Source: Euprymna scolopes
Lineage: Eukaryota
Length of the DNA stretch: 64,000 nt
Assembly (NCBI GenBank): GCA_053919585.1
Contig: CM132801.1
Strand: one strand, 5' to 3'
Shown here: one piece after another, positions 1 to 13,061 of the stretch
How positions within the stretch are numbered: the first letter of the stretch is position 1
How the letters are laid out: every line of letters starts with the position of its first letter
The notes under the pieces: generated by a model
Databases searched by the model: none
Told to the model about the DNA's origin: nothing
What the model saw: only the letters and a program-made list of their open reading frames with translations
Made by a program: the position numbers and the translations under genes

Positions 1-289
1 ACCCCCCCCCCCCCCCCCCGGAAACGGTTATAATCACAGAATTTGCTCAAGTTACCTGTCCTGATATTATTACCCCCAAAAATAGGTTGTCATATTGACA
101 CAGAAGATTCCAGGAGGATGTATTACCAGGGAATAAACTATCGTATGGTTGGATTTCCAAGACACTACTAGGCGTTTGAGGAATATATTGATCGTCATCT
201 TCTATCAACAATCGAGCAGATCCATTTTAATCATAGCTGGTTGTCTTCAAATCCGAGGGAAGTTTCTATAGTTTCTGTGAAAGTTACAT

Positions 290-1390
290 TGAAAATGCTC
301 ATTCTTACGTCAAGACTGAAATTTGAGGCTGGAATGGCAAGGAAATATTTGACGTTCTTAAGAGTGACTCGTGATGAGCAAATAATTACTTATACTTGAG
401 ACATTAACAAGAAAGTGATTTGTGTGTTGGTATTATTGGACATAGCTTTTTGGTCCTCGGACAAAAGGAGAGTGGACCTGGAAATTCACCCTTGTCCATT
501 TGTCTGTTTGCACTTTCCTCAATAACTACGCCTTGGAATTTTTAAAGATTTTGCAGAAACATTAAACATGATATGAGTAAAAAAAGTAACAGAACAAATT
601 TTCCGTGAAAACTCTGGTTGCCCCCCTAGGGATGGCTTTCAGGTTAAAATGACTAAAAGAAACAGTTTTGTGCTTATTAAAAAAAATTGATGCCTTAGAT
701 TTTTATTAAATTTTCTGAAAAAGTTGTAATTAACTGATTTCTATATAATTTTGTTTGTCTATACTTTGCGATAACTCTTGGGTGTGACCCAGGGGCTCTT
801 TTAAGGCTAATAAAAACACTCCATTTTTGGGACTATTTTACCATATTTGTCCAAAATTTTCTGTGTATGTCTATTTAGCAGTTTTGCATGGTGCTGAACT
901 CAAATTAAAAAATGTTAAAACCTTGGACTTTTGAGGCTAAATTTGTGGGTGGGTGGGGGGAGGGGGCAAATGATGGAACTTAGTCTTTTTTTTATGCCTC
1001 ATTCACTGTGCATTCATGAGGGACCATGCATGCTTCAGTTGTTATTGTTCCTATCAAGTTACCTGAAGGAATAAAAGTAATACTCTCCTGAAAGAGTCAT
1101 TGATGCCTTGATTAATTGACATATATCTTTTCCAGGGCTTTGTTTTTATGCATAACAACACCCCCTTTCACTCTGCTTATGCATTCTCAACCAGTTTGGG
1201 CCTCCAAAGTGGAAAGTTAATTTGGCCATCTTCCCCCGATTTAAATCTAATTAAAAATTTTGGGCTATCATCAAATTAGACGTTCATGCTGATAGATGTC
1301 AATTTTCATTGAAGATAACTTTGACAAGCTATTAATACTGCAGCAAAACAGTGCCAGGTGCTACTATTAAAGATATTGACTGATTCCATC
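290..1390 (+). mobile_element. Decayed Tc1-family (probably DD37E/TRT-like) transposase remnant in a DNMT1 intron, interrupted by a HINE-like insertion
   Basis: Fragments at about 1143-1390 read FMHNNTPFHSA...WPSSPDLNLIKNFWAIIK.DV...QF..., a decayed FMHDNAP.H / [13 protein letters not shown] motif with many frameshifts. Confidence 0.5.
447..1043 (+). mobile_element. DINE-1/HINE-like (Helentron-associated) non-autonomous element, copy 1
   Basis: T-run + GGTCC sub-terminal repeat with a nearby short inverted partner (GGACC), GTCY-type microsatellite, 3' sub-terminal GGGACC followed by a stem-loop. Homologous to about 10985-11665 and 29020-29617. Confidence 0.7.
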
Positions 1391-2471
1391 AGCACAAAAC
1401 TGTTTTTTCATGCAGTAAAACTCTGACTGTCATGTAGGTAAATAATGAAATCATTCCTGGTATTGTTACCAATTTTTAGATCAACTCTGAATTCTTATTT
1501 TGTATGTTTATTCCTTAGATAAAGGTTTGTATGATTTTAGTAAATAGCTTTTTTTTATTATCTCTTTTTAAATAATTTTTTTCATTGATGTTGTCATCAT
1601 GTTAAATTTTCTAAAAATATCTTTCAGGAATTAATTCAGAGAAAAATAGTAAATGATTACATCTATTACCAAACTATTATTGCTGATCTGAGCTAGAGAT
1701 TTTCTCTTGGCCCAAAGCCACCAGAGTCTTGGTCATTATTGAGTTGGCTTGTTCCCTGTTGAATGAGGTGTATGATTCTGGTCCTGTGTAGTTCTAGGTG
1801 GTCTACCCTCCCAGGCTTTAACTTCTCACTCTTTGAGAAGGTGTTAAGTTATTGTTCCTATTTACTTGCCTCCCCACAATGGTAAATTTAAACACAAGGT
1901 CGTTTTTTTTATGTGAGGAAAATCCAGCTCTCAAAAAAAGGGGCACTCTGTTGATCATGTGAGGCGCTCCAACTGAGAGATGCTGACATGTATTTTTTGT
2001 AGGCCAGAGTTTTCTTTCTGTAGAGTGTTGTTTTTTTCGATCTCATTTTTCTTGATTCCTGTGCCACATTATCGTGCTGTGGACAAGATAGACGAGAGAT
2101 AAATATTTCAAATTGCCATTTTTCATGGAAACACCTTCAGTATCTTGTCAGCTTGCCAAGCTAAGAAGACATTTAATGAAACTTCCTAATATTTGCATAT
2201 TGGCTTCAAAAAACGATATTTTGTTAGTTATTGTTTACATTCTTGAAATTTGTTTCCCCCTTTTTATATTAATTTTTTTTTATTTGTAATTTATTTCAAT
2301 TTTAATAAATTTCATAAATTAAAAAAAAGAAAAGATTAATTAGATTTATTCATGTTTTTTTTTTCTGTTTTTTTTAGATTATTATTACTAAAATATATAT
2401 TTTGTTTTTTTTAATTAAAATTCTTTTAATAATAATCATAAAAAAAAATGTTTATTTTTCTACAATTGTAG

Positions 2472-2712
2472 TTGTTACTCTCACCATGATTCGCGGAATG
2501 GAAAAGGAAGTGATGGTCAGCTGCGAGGTGTTTGTGCTTGCGCGATCGAAAACAAATGTGATCCATTAGACCGACAGTTCAACACTTTGATTCCTTGGTG
2601 TTTACCCCACACTGGTAACCGGCATAGCCATTGGGCTGGTCTCTATGGTAGAGTAGAATGGGATGGTTTCTTTAGTACCACAGTCACAAATCCTGAACCC
2701 ATGGGAAAACAG
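2472..2712 (+). CDS. DNMT1: DNA (cytosine-5)-methyltransferase 1, internal exon (catalytic domain, target-recognition region)
   Basis: AG acceptor 2470-2471, GT donor 2713. Translates to [80 protein letters not shown], matching the conserved animal DNMT1 segment [45 protein letters not shown]. Missed by the ORF track; upstream exons lie outside the window. Confidence 0.97.
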
Positions 2713-3214
2713 GTATTTTGATAACTTTTTTATTTCATATTTGACTATTTCTTTAATGGAGTCCTTAAAATTTGCATGTTAACTAATTTAGTTTTGTTTC
2801 TATTTTTTTAAGACAAAGTTAGACATGAAGTTGATTTTTATTTATTTTTATTTTTTAAATAAAAAAAAAAAAATTAAAACGAATTTATTTATACATTCGT
2901 TTTTTTTTTTTTTTGTGGTAAAAAATCTATCTTCTTAAAAAGGGACACTCTGGATTGGAATAAAAATCTGATAGGTGTAGAAAACGAGGACAGAATAGAC
3001 TGTAATTCAAACATTTTTTTTCCATGTAAAAAATTTTTTGCTATCGGAATAATCTCTTTTTTCGTAATAAGTTATTCTCGTTTTTTGTTTCAGAATTTTT
3101 GAGACAAGAATTGATGATTTTTATTAATTGGATTATCTTGGTTGTTATATTCACAATCTTTTGCCTGATTTAACGTGCAAACTTATTTCAGTGCATCTTT
3201 TCAAACTTGAAAAT

Positions 3215-3350
3215 ATTTATGATGAACTCAAGAAGTTGTACAGATTTTGAACTAAACTCTAAAGAGTTTAGTTCAAAATCTGTACAACTTCTTGAGTTAA
3301 TCCACATGTTCAGTTCAAAAACTTATGTAGGTTTTGAGTTCAACATAAAT
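3215..3350. repeat. Palindrome / MITE-like foldback
   Basis: 36-bp arms AACTCAAGAAGTTGTACAGATTTTGAACTAAACTCT (3225-3260) and its exact reverse complement (3263-3298); outer imperfect inverted ends ATTTATG(A/T)TGAACTCAA. Confidence 0.85.
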
Positions 3351-3674
3351 GTTATCAAGTTAGAAAAGCTACACTTGAAGAACGTTGGTTACATCTGTTG
3401 AAACCTGTAAATAACCATAAAGATGAGAATAATAGTTGGGATAAATACTCAGGTTATAGTCAGCTAATGTATTTCCTAATTTTCGACATAGCACTACTGG
3501 TGAACAGGCAAATCAGTTTGTTCACTTTTTTTCTCACATTTATAAATTATTTTTTTTATTTTGATTTCATTAATTTTATTTTTATATTTTCATAAACATA
3601 TATTTATTGTATAAATTCAAATAAAAACTTATTTTTAAAATTAAAAAAAAATTTATTTTTATAATTTCATAAGC

Positions 3675-4663
3675 ATATAATACTAAAATAATACTAAAAA
3701 ACTCTGTCATTCTTGGTTGTTTGCTTGTGCAATATCCTCCTCCTCCTACTACTACTATGCCTCCTTCTTGCTACTACTATTACTTCTCTTTACGCCTCCT
3801 CTTCCTAGTACTACTACTACACCTCCTCTTCCTTATCCTACTATTACTACTACTGGTTGACATGTATTTTCCCCACTACTACTCTAAACAGAATGACTCA
3901 TAGAAATCTATCTATATTCTTTTTTTCATGTTAATATACTTTCATAGAAATGTTTCTGTTATGTCACAAAAAAACTATTTTCTTTACGTCACAAGTGTCA
4001 CACTCGTACATTAATTCCATAGCTAATATAACATACTGACCCTTAGGGGATGTTTTGCAACTATTCTATATTACAACTATACTGTCGCAATTTTCTCACA
4101 AATGAATCAACTTTGACCTGTTGACAACATTTTTTTTTTTACTGTGTACGTTTCCAGCGGGCTAATTTTTTTTTTGCGTTTTAAATTATCCAAATAAACA
4201 ATTGTTAATATTTTCTACATTTTTTCTTTTTTACATCGTTCATTTCTGTATTACGTTCAAGTTATTTTAACGCAATTTTCTTACAAATAAATCTATTATT
4301 TTACTGTGTACGTTTTCAGCGACCCAATTTTTTTTTTTTCCCACGTTTAAGTTAATAGATATTTCAAAATTTGAATTTAACTTTAAGTATTATGGTATCT
4401 GTTCAGTGCACATTTACCTATAAGTATGGCAAACCACTTATAATTCAATGGTTGTAAGTTTTCTTTTTTTCCAAGATTAAACAATTATAAACAGAACGAT
4501 TCATAGAAATCTATCTAAATTCTTTTTTCATTTTAATATACTTTCATAGAAATGTTTCTGTTATGTCACAAAAACTATTTTCTTTACGTCACAAGTGTTA
4601 CGCTCATACATTAATTCCATAGCTAATATAACATACTGACCCAACGGGTCACGGGTAGTCTAG
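3675..4663 (+). mobile_element. Non-autonomous Helitron-like element with an internal direct duplication of about 155 bp
   Basis: 3' hairpin TGACCCAACGGGTCA followed by CTAG|T at 4660-4664; near-identical segments at about 3886-4042 and 4488-4642. The 5' end is approximate. Confidence 0.55.
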
Positions 4664-5514
4664 TTTCTTATAAAATTTCAAATAAAGTAGTAGCTTATTT
4701 TTTCAATTTTGTTATTAAAAGTGCAAACAAAGACTAATTATTATTTTTATCTGTATAATTGTGTTAATTTTTAATTTGGGAAGTACGTTAATGGACTATA
4801 ACCAATACCTAATTTTGTTTTCACTTTAAACGTTTGAAATTTATTAAATTCATTTGATGGAATTGCTTGATTTTTTTTAGTTATTTTCTTTAAATGACAA
4901 TTTTACCCCCTCCCTCCCCTGGCTTAAAATTGGACATAATTAATTGCATTGTCTATTTCTTGTAAACTGCTATCTTGTATTTCACTAGTCATTAACCTCT
5001 TCCCTGAATATCTTGAATATTCAGAGGTTTTTTAATATTATACCAAGTATTTGTGCTGGAGACATTTCGTTTGCCAATAATTTCCCTGTTTTCTGAATCT
5101 CGAGAACTTCTAGTTTTTTCTACAATGTGAGAAGTCTTGCCCTGCTGTTTCTTATGGTTATTTCTAAATACAAGTCATTAATTTTTTCTTAATTAGCAAT
5201 TGTGGGTTTTCAAAATATAAGATAATACCATTTAATTAGTTTATTTCTGTATTGTGCCCCAAATTCTAAATTGGAACAGATGCTGAAAAAAAAATTTTTT
5301 TTCTAATGAATGCATATAATTTTAGTTGAAAATAAAATTTTGCCTTACAAAAATGAAATCATTTTTAAATAAACTTAGAATTTTTATTTTATTCTGTTTT
5401 GTATGTCACCTATACCTATAGTAACAAGATAAATTCTAAACACATATAACTTCCAAAATATAATTTTATCCATCTGGTTTGTATAATTGCTCTTTACTGC
5501 ATTCAAATAAGCAG

Positions 5515-6010
5515 TGTAGCAGCAAGTCCTGGGAACATTAACCTGAAAGAACAGTTGGAAATGACTTATATACCATACATTACGACCATGTAATCCTTAC
5601 AGCCACCTACCTTGAAAATGCTGCTGTCAAACCTGACATAGTTATATGGAATAAGTCAGAAAGAGTGGCAGCCTTGGTTGAAGTGAGTGTCCCTAATGAT
5701 GGTCTGAACAGAGCTGAAAGAGAGAAACAGACCAAATATCAAGGTCTCGTGTATGATATGAAAAGAAACTGGAAAAGAGATATCAATCATACCAGTTATT
5801 ATAGGTGCTACAGGACTTATGAAGAAGCTGAAGTCCTACCTAACTAATATTCCTGGTGAACCAAGTGCAAAAGAGATTCAAACAATTGCACTTAAGGAAC
5901 AACAAGGATACTAAAAAAAGCTCTCGGTTGATTTCAATAAAAAGCAGGACAATGTTGACAGCTGGTTTGGCTGTCCCATACCCAGTATTACAATCTTCAA
6001 AGAAAGAAAA
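5515..6010 (+). mobile_element. R4/RLE-clade non-LTR retrotransposon 3' fragment (restriction-like endonuclease)
   Basis: KPDIVIWNKSERVAALVEVSVP...EREKQTKYQGL...IIPVIIGATG is the PD-(D/E)xK RLE signature. The 3' end is homologous to 46600-46670. Confidence 0.8.
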
Positions 6011-6118
6011 TGAAAAAAAAAAGGATAAGATCTTTCATTATTTAGCCCCATTTTATGAGTATGTCTCAGTAGTTGTTGAGTAAAACTTACAAAATAATTA
6101 GGAAACTGTTTACAATGA

Positions 6119-6322
<204 letters not shown>

Positions 6323-6420
6323 TAAAGTATTTAAAAAACATATTTGTAATTTTTCAAGTAAAAATAAAGTAATCTTGTTCTTGCTCTGTCAATTTCTCCT
6401 TGGGTGTGTATGCTTTCTTT

Positions 6421-6720
6421 TATATCTATTACTTTCTATGCAATTAAAATTATATCTATTACTTTCTATGCAATTAAAATTATATCTATTACTTTCTATG
6501 CAATTAAAATTATATCTATTACTTTCTATGCAATTAAAATTATATCTATTACTTTCTATGCAATTAAAATTATATCTATTACTTTCTATGCAATTAAAAT
6601 TATATCTATTACTTTCTATGCAATTAAAATTATATCTATTACTTTCTATGCAATTAAAATTATATCTATTACTTTCTATGCAATTAAAATTATATCTATT
6701 ACTTTCTATGCAATTAAAAT
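6421..6720. repeat. Perfect 30-bp tandem repeat x10 in the last DNMT1 intron
   Basis: Unit TATATCTATTACTTTCTATGCAATTAAAAT, identical in all ten copies, with no spacers. Confidence 0.98.
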
Positions 6721-6928
6721 TATTTTTAATTCTTAATAATTATTAGTCTTTACATCGTTTAACAATATGACCTGTTAGAACAATATGACCTTTATAATAG
6801 GATTGGAATTCGGTATATACTTTTTTGCCCTATTGACATCTAAAGATCTCCTTCTCTTCCTCTATCTTGTTCTGATTTTTTTTCTCCCAACTCAATTATC
6901 TTTTTGAAACAATTTTGTTCTATTACAG

Positions 6929-7054
6929 GTCGGCAATGCTGTCCCCCCACCAATGGCACGACAAATTGCTCTTGAAATCAAAAAATCTTTGCTTTGGAAG
7001 AAACAGTCCGAAGAATCAAAGTCCCTGAAAGAAGTTGAAAAAATGGAACATTAA
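6929..7054 (+). CDS. DNMT1: DNMT1 last coding exon (motif X) with stop
   Basis: CAG acceptor 6926-6928; encodes VGNAVPPPMARQIALEIKKSLLWKKQSEESKSLKEVEKMEH, then TAA at 7052-7054. Confidence 0.96.
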   Translation, partial: VGNAVPPPMARQIALEIKKSLLWKKQSEESKSLKEVEKMEH

Positions 7055-7493
7055 AATTTTTTTTTTTTTAAATTTCAAAACACAAAAATACTGAATGAAG
7101 TTGTCTCTTTTCCATGCTAAATTAACTTCATAGAAGACTGATTAAATTGAAATCCACACGGCTCCTCCTCAAACCTGATATTCAATTGAATATCATTAAT
7201 TGATTATTCACTGACAAACGCTCATCAAAAAAGAAAATAAGAAATACATGTAAATATCAAGTAAATCATGGTTTGTTCTGAATGTTAGAATCCTACTGAA
7301 AAATTCCAATTAAAAAATTATTTTAGATGGTCTTTTTTTATTTTTAAATACCAATAGTTTTTAGCTAATTCCCCTTAAAATAATCTTGATTTTGAAAGAT
7401 TATCATTTAGATATTTTTTAAATATATATTTCTAAATTTGAACCGTTTTTAAATCGCATAATGATCATTCTCTAGATTTGTTTGATTTATCAG

Positions 7494-7499
7494 AATAAA
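7494..7499 (+). promoter_or_regulatory. Candidate polyadenylation signal for DNMT1
   Basis: AATAAA about 440 nt after the stop, followed by GT/T-rich sequence. Other AATAAA hexamers occur downstream (about 8128 and 8958), so the site actually used is uncertain. Confidence 0.35.
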
Positions 7500-8475
7500 T
7501 TTCATGCATACGTTTGTCAGCAAAAGTTTGTTTTTAATGAACTGATAAGTTTTCTAAGTTTGATTTTAATCGAATTAAATTTTAGTGACTCTTAATTATC
7601 TGCTGGGTGCATAACATATTTGAAGGCCAATTTATACATGCAAAAGAAAATTAGAAACATATTCTTTTTACTGAAAAAAACATTTTTGAGGATAAAAGTA
7701 ACTGTTTTCTTATTTTATTCATAAACATTTTTGATAATGTGAGATCTGAATTGTCTATCTCTTGTGCATGTTGGGCATTAAATTTTAGACTTTTTTTTTT
7801 TTTTTTTACTGCTATAAGGATGTTTGTATGTCCCTTTTCTTAAGTCTTCTCGAAACAGTAATCCACAAGATTAAGAAATTTTACTAACAAAGTAAAATGT
7901 TAGTGTTCATTGGATCATGAAAATTTTCCACCATCCATTTTTTCTTTTTTTTTTTTTTTGTTTTTGTTTTTAATTACTTTTTATTTTATTTTTTTTAAGT
8001 GTAAAATCATGTATCTGATGTCTTTGTGCATAACATTTCAGATGGGATTTTCTGGCATATAATGTTCTTTTGCATTTAATCTCATGGATATTCTGGGAAT
8101 ACCACTATTGGTGTGGTGTATTTGTCAAATAAATTCTGGCATTTTAATTCTGGTATCAACATATCTTACATTTTGATAATGTTGATGTATTTTTAACTGA
8201 AAACCTTATTTAGAAATGGAAGATCAAGTGACTTAGCAAAATGGTTAATTGCTCCATTCAGTCTTTATTATAATGATAAATATGTCTCTTCATTGCTATT
8301 AATAATTCTGAAATATAGACGATATAAAGAAAATTTGAAGAAATATAGACAATATAAGTTAAAATAATACTTGTTTCACAGTAGAAATAATGCATGTCTT
8401 CCAGTACCTTATGCACCCATATGTATATATAATGTATTTATAATTAAGAAAATTTTGTTAAGCATAACAATTCAG

Positions 8476-8896
8476 TGCTTGTTAAGATAGTTGACAAATT
8501 GATTTTTTTAAAATGTGTGTTTTAAGCAAAAACAATTATGTGGAAAATCCAAAATTTATGAAAATTTATTGAGCAGAACAACTGCTATCGTGTTTTTAAC
8601 AAAAAAAAAAAAAAAAAAAGTCTATCGCTATGATCTAAAACAGTACATTGGCCATTAGTGGCAAAACGGGTGATAAGTATGTCCCCTGTATTCACAATCT
8701 TCAAGGTATTCATATCTAGGGAAAATGCAGTTTCCTCTAATTTTCTTAACTATAAATAATTTTCTACTCCATGAATTTTTATAAGTTTTGAATATATTAC
8801 TATTTTCGATATGACAAGTAAGTACTGTTTTTGTTTAAAACATTCCCCACATATTTAAAAAAAAAATCAATATGTCGATTCTATCTTAACAAGCAC
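8476..8896. mobile_element. MITE with imperfect TIRs
   Basis: GTGCTTGTTAAGATAG.TGACA.ATTGATTTTTTT at left and AAAAAAATCAATATGTCGATTCTATCTTAACAAGCAC at right. Confidence 0.65.
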
Positions 8897-9957
8897 CCCG
8901 AATTCTTTTGCTTGATTATACCGTTTGTATATTTTCAATTTAAAAAATCTGTGTCAAAATAAAAAAATGTTCTGTATGTATCATGAATGTTTTCAATTCT
9001 TCATTGTTATCTTCAGGTAACAAAACCAAATGAACAAAAAGTTGAAGAAAAGCAGTTTAAAATATGTATGTGAAGTCGTTAAACATCAAAAGAATAAGCG
9101 GGCACAAAAGATCGTTTACAATTTAAATTTGAAATTTGAGGTGCTTTTCTTTCTTTCAGTTTTTTGTTTGTTCATTTATTTTTCTTGAAGATGATTCAAT
9201 GAAGAATCAAAATGGCTGATGATATGGAATATTCCTCAGTTTTTTGACGCAAAAAATTAGAAAAAAAAAAATTAGAAAATTTAAAAAAAAAAAAAAGTAT
9301 AATCAAACAGAATTCTGTTATGTTTAACAATGTTTGCTTGAATGAAATATAAATATATTTTCTTCCAATCTAACATAATTTTTGTTTGTTAGGGAATTAT
9401 GAAAAAATTTTTTTTTTATAAACTCTGAATTTGATCCCATAAACACACTTTTATTTTTTAAATTGTTTTTATTGTTCCTATTATTTTGAAAAAGTACATT
9501 TTTTTTGTAAATAAAAAGAAAATAATCTAAAATTTTATTGTTGTCAGTTTAATTTTGTTTTCATTTTCATACAAATATTTTCTTTATTTTATTTTTTTTT
9601 ACATCTTTTTCTTTTTATACTTTTTTAACCATCAACTGAAGATGGTCGAACGAAAATCGTTTCATAAATCATTTGAATGAGGCAACATCTGTTTTGATCA
9701 ACACTTTTTCTTAATCATTTAACAATACTTTTCAATTATAGTTCAAGTGATGAGTTTAAAGGTAGCCTATGCGACCATAGTTTCATTTTTAATTTTAATA
9801 TTTTTATTTTAATAAAATGACTCTACTAAACATTTTAAGTTTAACTATGAAAAATGCAAAACTTTTTAACCAAATTCTAGACCCCCACCTCTGAAAAAAA
9901 AAACAAAGAAATTTTTGTACATCTTTGCTATTTCCTCAAACAATGATTTATGTAAGA

Positions 9958-10413
9958 CGAGTGGGAGGGGTGGTGCCCGGTGTTGCCCGGTCGTAAAAAG
10001 AAAAAAAAAATAGGACTTGGGTGCCATCAGCCAGAAGTGAAACACAAAGTAAAATTTTGTAAGTAAAAAAAAAAAAAAAAAAAAATAAAAAAAATAAAAT
10101 GCGGCATACTGAGCGTGAACTCGCATAAGTTAGTAAGCGAACGTGTTATCAATGAGCCTATGAGGACACAGATATTATCACGTTGCAAATTTAGCTATTT
10201 AAAACGAAAATGTAATGAACGTTTGCACATGCACGGTTTGCAAACCGTGTTGAAAGCAAGACTTTTATTTAACCTCCCCTCCCTCAAACAAAGCATTCAA
10301 TTTTTTTCAATATTTGTCAGAGATTGCTCTTTTACGATGCCGTACTCATGTCTGTATGATGTGGATGACAAAAGTTTTAGCGGACACACAAACACAGACC
10401 TTTATAAGATAGA
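9958..10413 (-). mobile_element. Non-autonomous Helitron-like element
   Basis: The minus strand begins TCTATCTTATAAAGGTCTGTGTTTGTGTGTCCG and ends with a CCGGGCAACACCGG hairpin then CTCG|T (CTAG variant). Confidence 0.55.
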
Positions 10414-10984
10414 AATCTAATTCCTGGTATCATTATTTTATATATCAAAACTTTTTATGCTAAAATTAATTTGGCATTTTTAAAGTGAATGCATATAAAA
10501 AGATATAGCAAAAGTTAGGTGTAAAAAGAAAAATATTAGTATTTTAGATTTTACATATTTCATGGCATCTAAAAATAAAGATTATCTACTTTCTGGTCAG
10601 ATAAGTTTTAAGGACAAGTCCGGAAGTGGGGGATCATCTTGCATTAAATTTAATGCAGAAGCGATCCCTTGGCAAATTTCTAAAATATTTGTTTTTTTTA
10701 TTCATGGACTTTTCACCTTTATTCATGGACTTTTCACCTTTATTCAATCGCCTATAAAAAAAAATTAGAATCATTTTTTTTACTTTTAATTAACAAAAAG
10801 TGAAGGATTACAATATTAACAAAGATACAAACTAATAAAGATGTGTCAAGTTAGAAAGTTGGATGAAATATCAGTGAATATATCAATTCAAAATAACAGG
10901 AAAACTTATGAATGTACTTGTGAAAAATATTAAGGTATGCCAAAATTATATGAAATAATAAAAAAATAAGATTTTAATAAAAAC

Positions 10985-11665
10985 AATGAAGCATGCGTGA
11001 GTGCACACTAAATGAGGCATAAAAAAAAATGACTAAGTTCAGCATCCCCCCCCTCCATTTAGCCCCAAAAGTCCCCAGAGAACATTCAATCCTCGTGCAA
11101 ATGAACAAACGGTGCAGTTTTAATCAATTTGAGTTCTGCACCATGCAAAAAAAGAAATGACTAAGTCCATTTGCCTCCCTCCATCCTCATTTAGCTCCAA
11201 AAGTCTTCAAGTCCTTAACATATTTAAATTTGAGTTCAGTACCATGCAAAACTGCTAAATAAACATACACAGAAAATTTTGGACAAATATGGTAAAATAG
11301 TCCCAAAAATGGAGCTTTTTATTAGCCCTAAAAGAGCCCTGGGGTACACCCAAGAGTTATCACGAAGTATAGACAAACAAAATTATATAGAAATCAGTTA
11401 GTTACAACTTTTCAGAAAGTTTTATAAAAATCCAAGGCATCAATTTAAAAAAAAATTTTTTTTTTTTTAATAAGCACAAAAGTGTCAATTGTAGCCATTT
11501 TAACCCAAAGTTTTCTGGGAAAATCCGTTCTGTTATTTTTTTTTTATTCATATCATGTTTAATGTTTGTGCAAAATTTCAAAAAAAATCCAAGGTGTACT
11601 TATTGAGAAAAGTGTGGACCGACAAGGGTGAATTTACAGGACCATCTCCTTATGTCGGGGACTAA
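10985..11665 (-). mobile_element. DINE-1/HINE-like element, copy 2, with a partially duplicated 3' segment
   Basis: Reverse-complement homology to 447-1043, e.g. ACCATGCAAAACTGCTAAATA, ATTAGCCCTAAAAGAGCCC, GACAAGGGTGAATTTACAGG. Confidence 0.75.
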
Positions 11666-13061
11666 TAAAATGAATTTATTATTCAAAGTCCATGAACTCC
11701 GAACAACATGTGTCAAGCTAGCATGCCGTAGATCTCTCTCTTTCTAATATGGAGAGGCCACACGGTCTTGTCATTTGTAGTTTGCTGACCTTAATATAAC
11801 TCGCAATACAACACTATCAGATCTGTTGCCAAATTCATAAGTCATTAAGTAGTTTAGGAGTGAATCTTGTACATAAAAATATATATGCATATACACCTTT
11901 TTTTTTTTATTTTTTTTATTACATTTTCACCCTAAACCAGGCAAATTGCCACTTTGGTGTAGGGGGCTACTATCAGGGCCAACAACTACTGGGGTACTAT
12001 GTAGGGATTTGGGCAGCAAGATATTGGTTCACGTTACACTTGAACTTCTGCATGTCAGTACTGTTGGGGAAGCAGGGACCTGGAATGGAATTCCAAAGTC
12101 TAGTAGTTCTGGGGAAGAAACTTGGAGTAGAAAGATATTTTACATCTAGGGATCTCTACAGTGTGGGGATGGGATTTAGCAGCCTGTCGGGTTTGTCAAG
12201 GGTGCTCACGTCGTGGGGGTACAAGTGATTGCAATTCGTCAGAGCATTCACCACTAAAATACTTGTAGAACAGGCAGAGGGATACAACATTTCGTCGATG
12301 GGACAGAGGCTGAAGCTTAGATGCCAGTTCAGGACCTATCAGGTTTGCGACTCTCTTTTGAACCTTCTCAAGGAGCGAGAGACTAGTAGCAGATGCACCA
12401 GCCCAAATGTGACAACAATACTCCATACATGGGCGAATGGTGGCCTTATAGAGGTACAAAATACTTTCGGGTGTTAGTAGTTGTTTAGCATGGTAGAGAG
12501 AGCCCATCTTTCTTGCAGTGACCCTGGCAATGCGTTCAATGTAATTGTTTCAACTCGTTTCCTGTGAACGTTAGGCCGAGGAGTTTGAAAGATGTAATCT
12601 CAGATAAAGAGTCGCTGGCCGTTGCTATAGGTGGTAGAGAGGGTTTCTTGTAATTATTGAATGAAACTAGTTTAGTCTTGGTGGCATTGAACGTGACCAA
12701 CCATTTTTGTCCCCATTCCACTACAGATTGGAGGTCTTCCTCTAGTGTTTCTGCCCTTTCTTTAGAAATGTGTTCATTCGTCTTCCTGTCGTAGAGTGTA
12801 GTGTCATCAGCATATATACCCATCTCAGAGGCAATTTTGTCGGGGAAGTCATTTATGAATATTAGGAACAATAGAGGTCCAAGGATGGACCCCTGGGGCA
12901 CTCCCGCATTTATTGTTTAGATGTACAACCGTCGAGGACAACCTGGATTTTTCTCTTATCTAAGAAGGATTTGATTATGTTAAGTATTCTTCCAGTGATA
13001 CCGTATGATCTAATTTTCCTGAGAAGACCCTCATGCCATACCCTGTCAAAAGCCTTAGATA

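Noticed and set aside
6421-6720. CRISPR-like array, or the repetitive ORFs 6375-6746 and 6404-6736
   Set aside because: The units are contiguous with no spacers, lie in a eukaryotic intron, and no cas genes are present; the ORFs are stop-free by-products of a 30-bp repeat.
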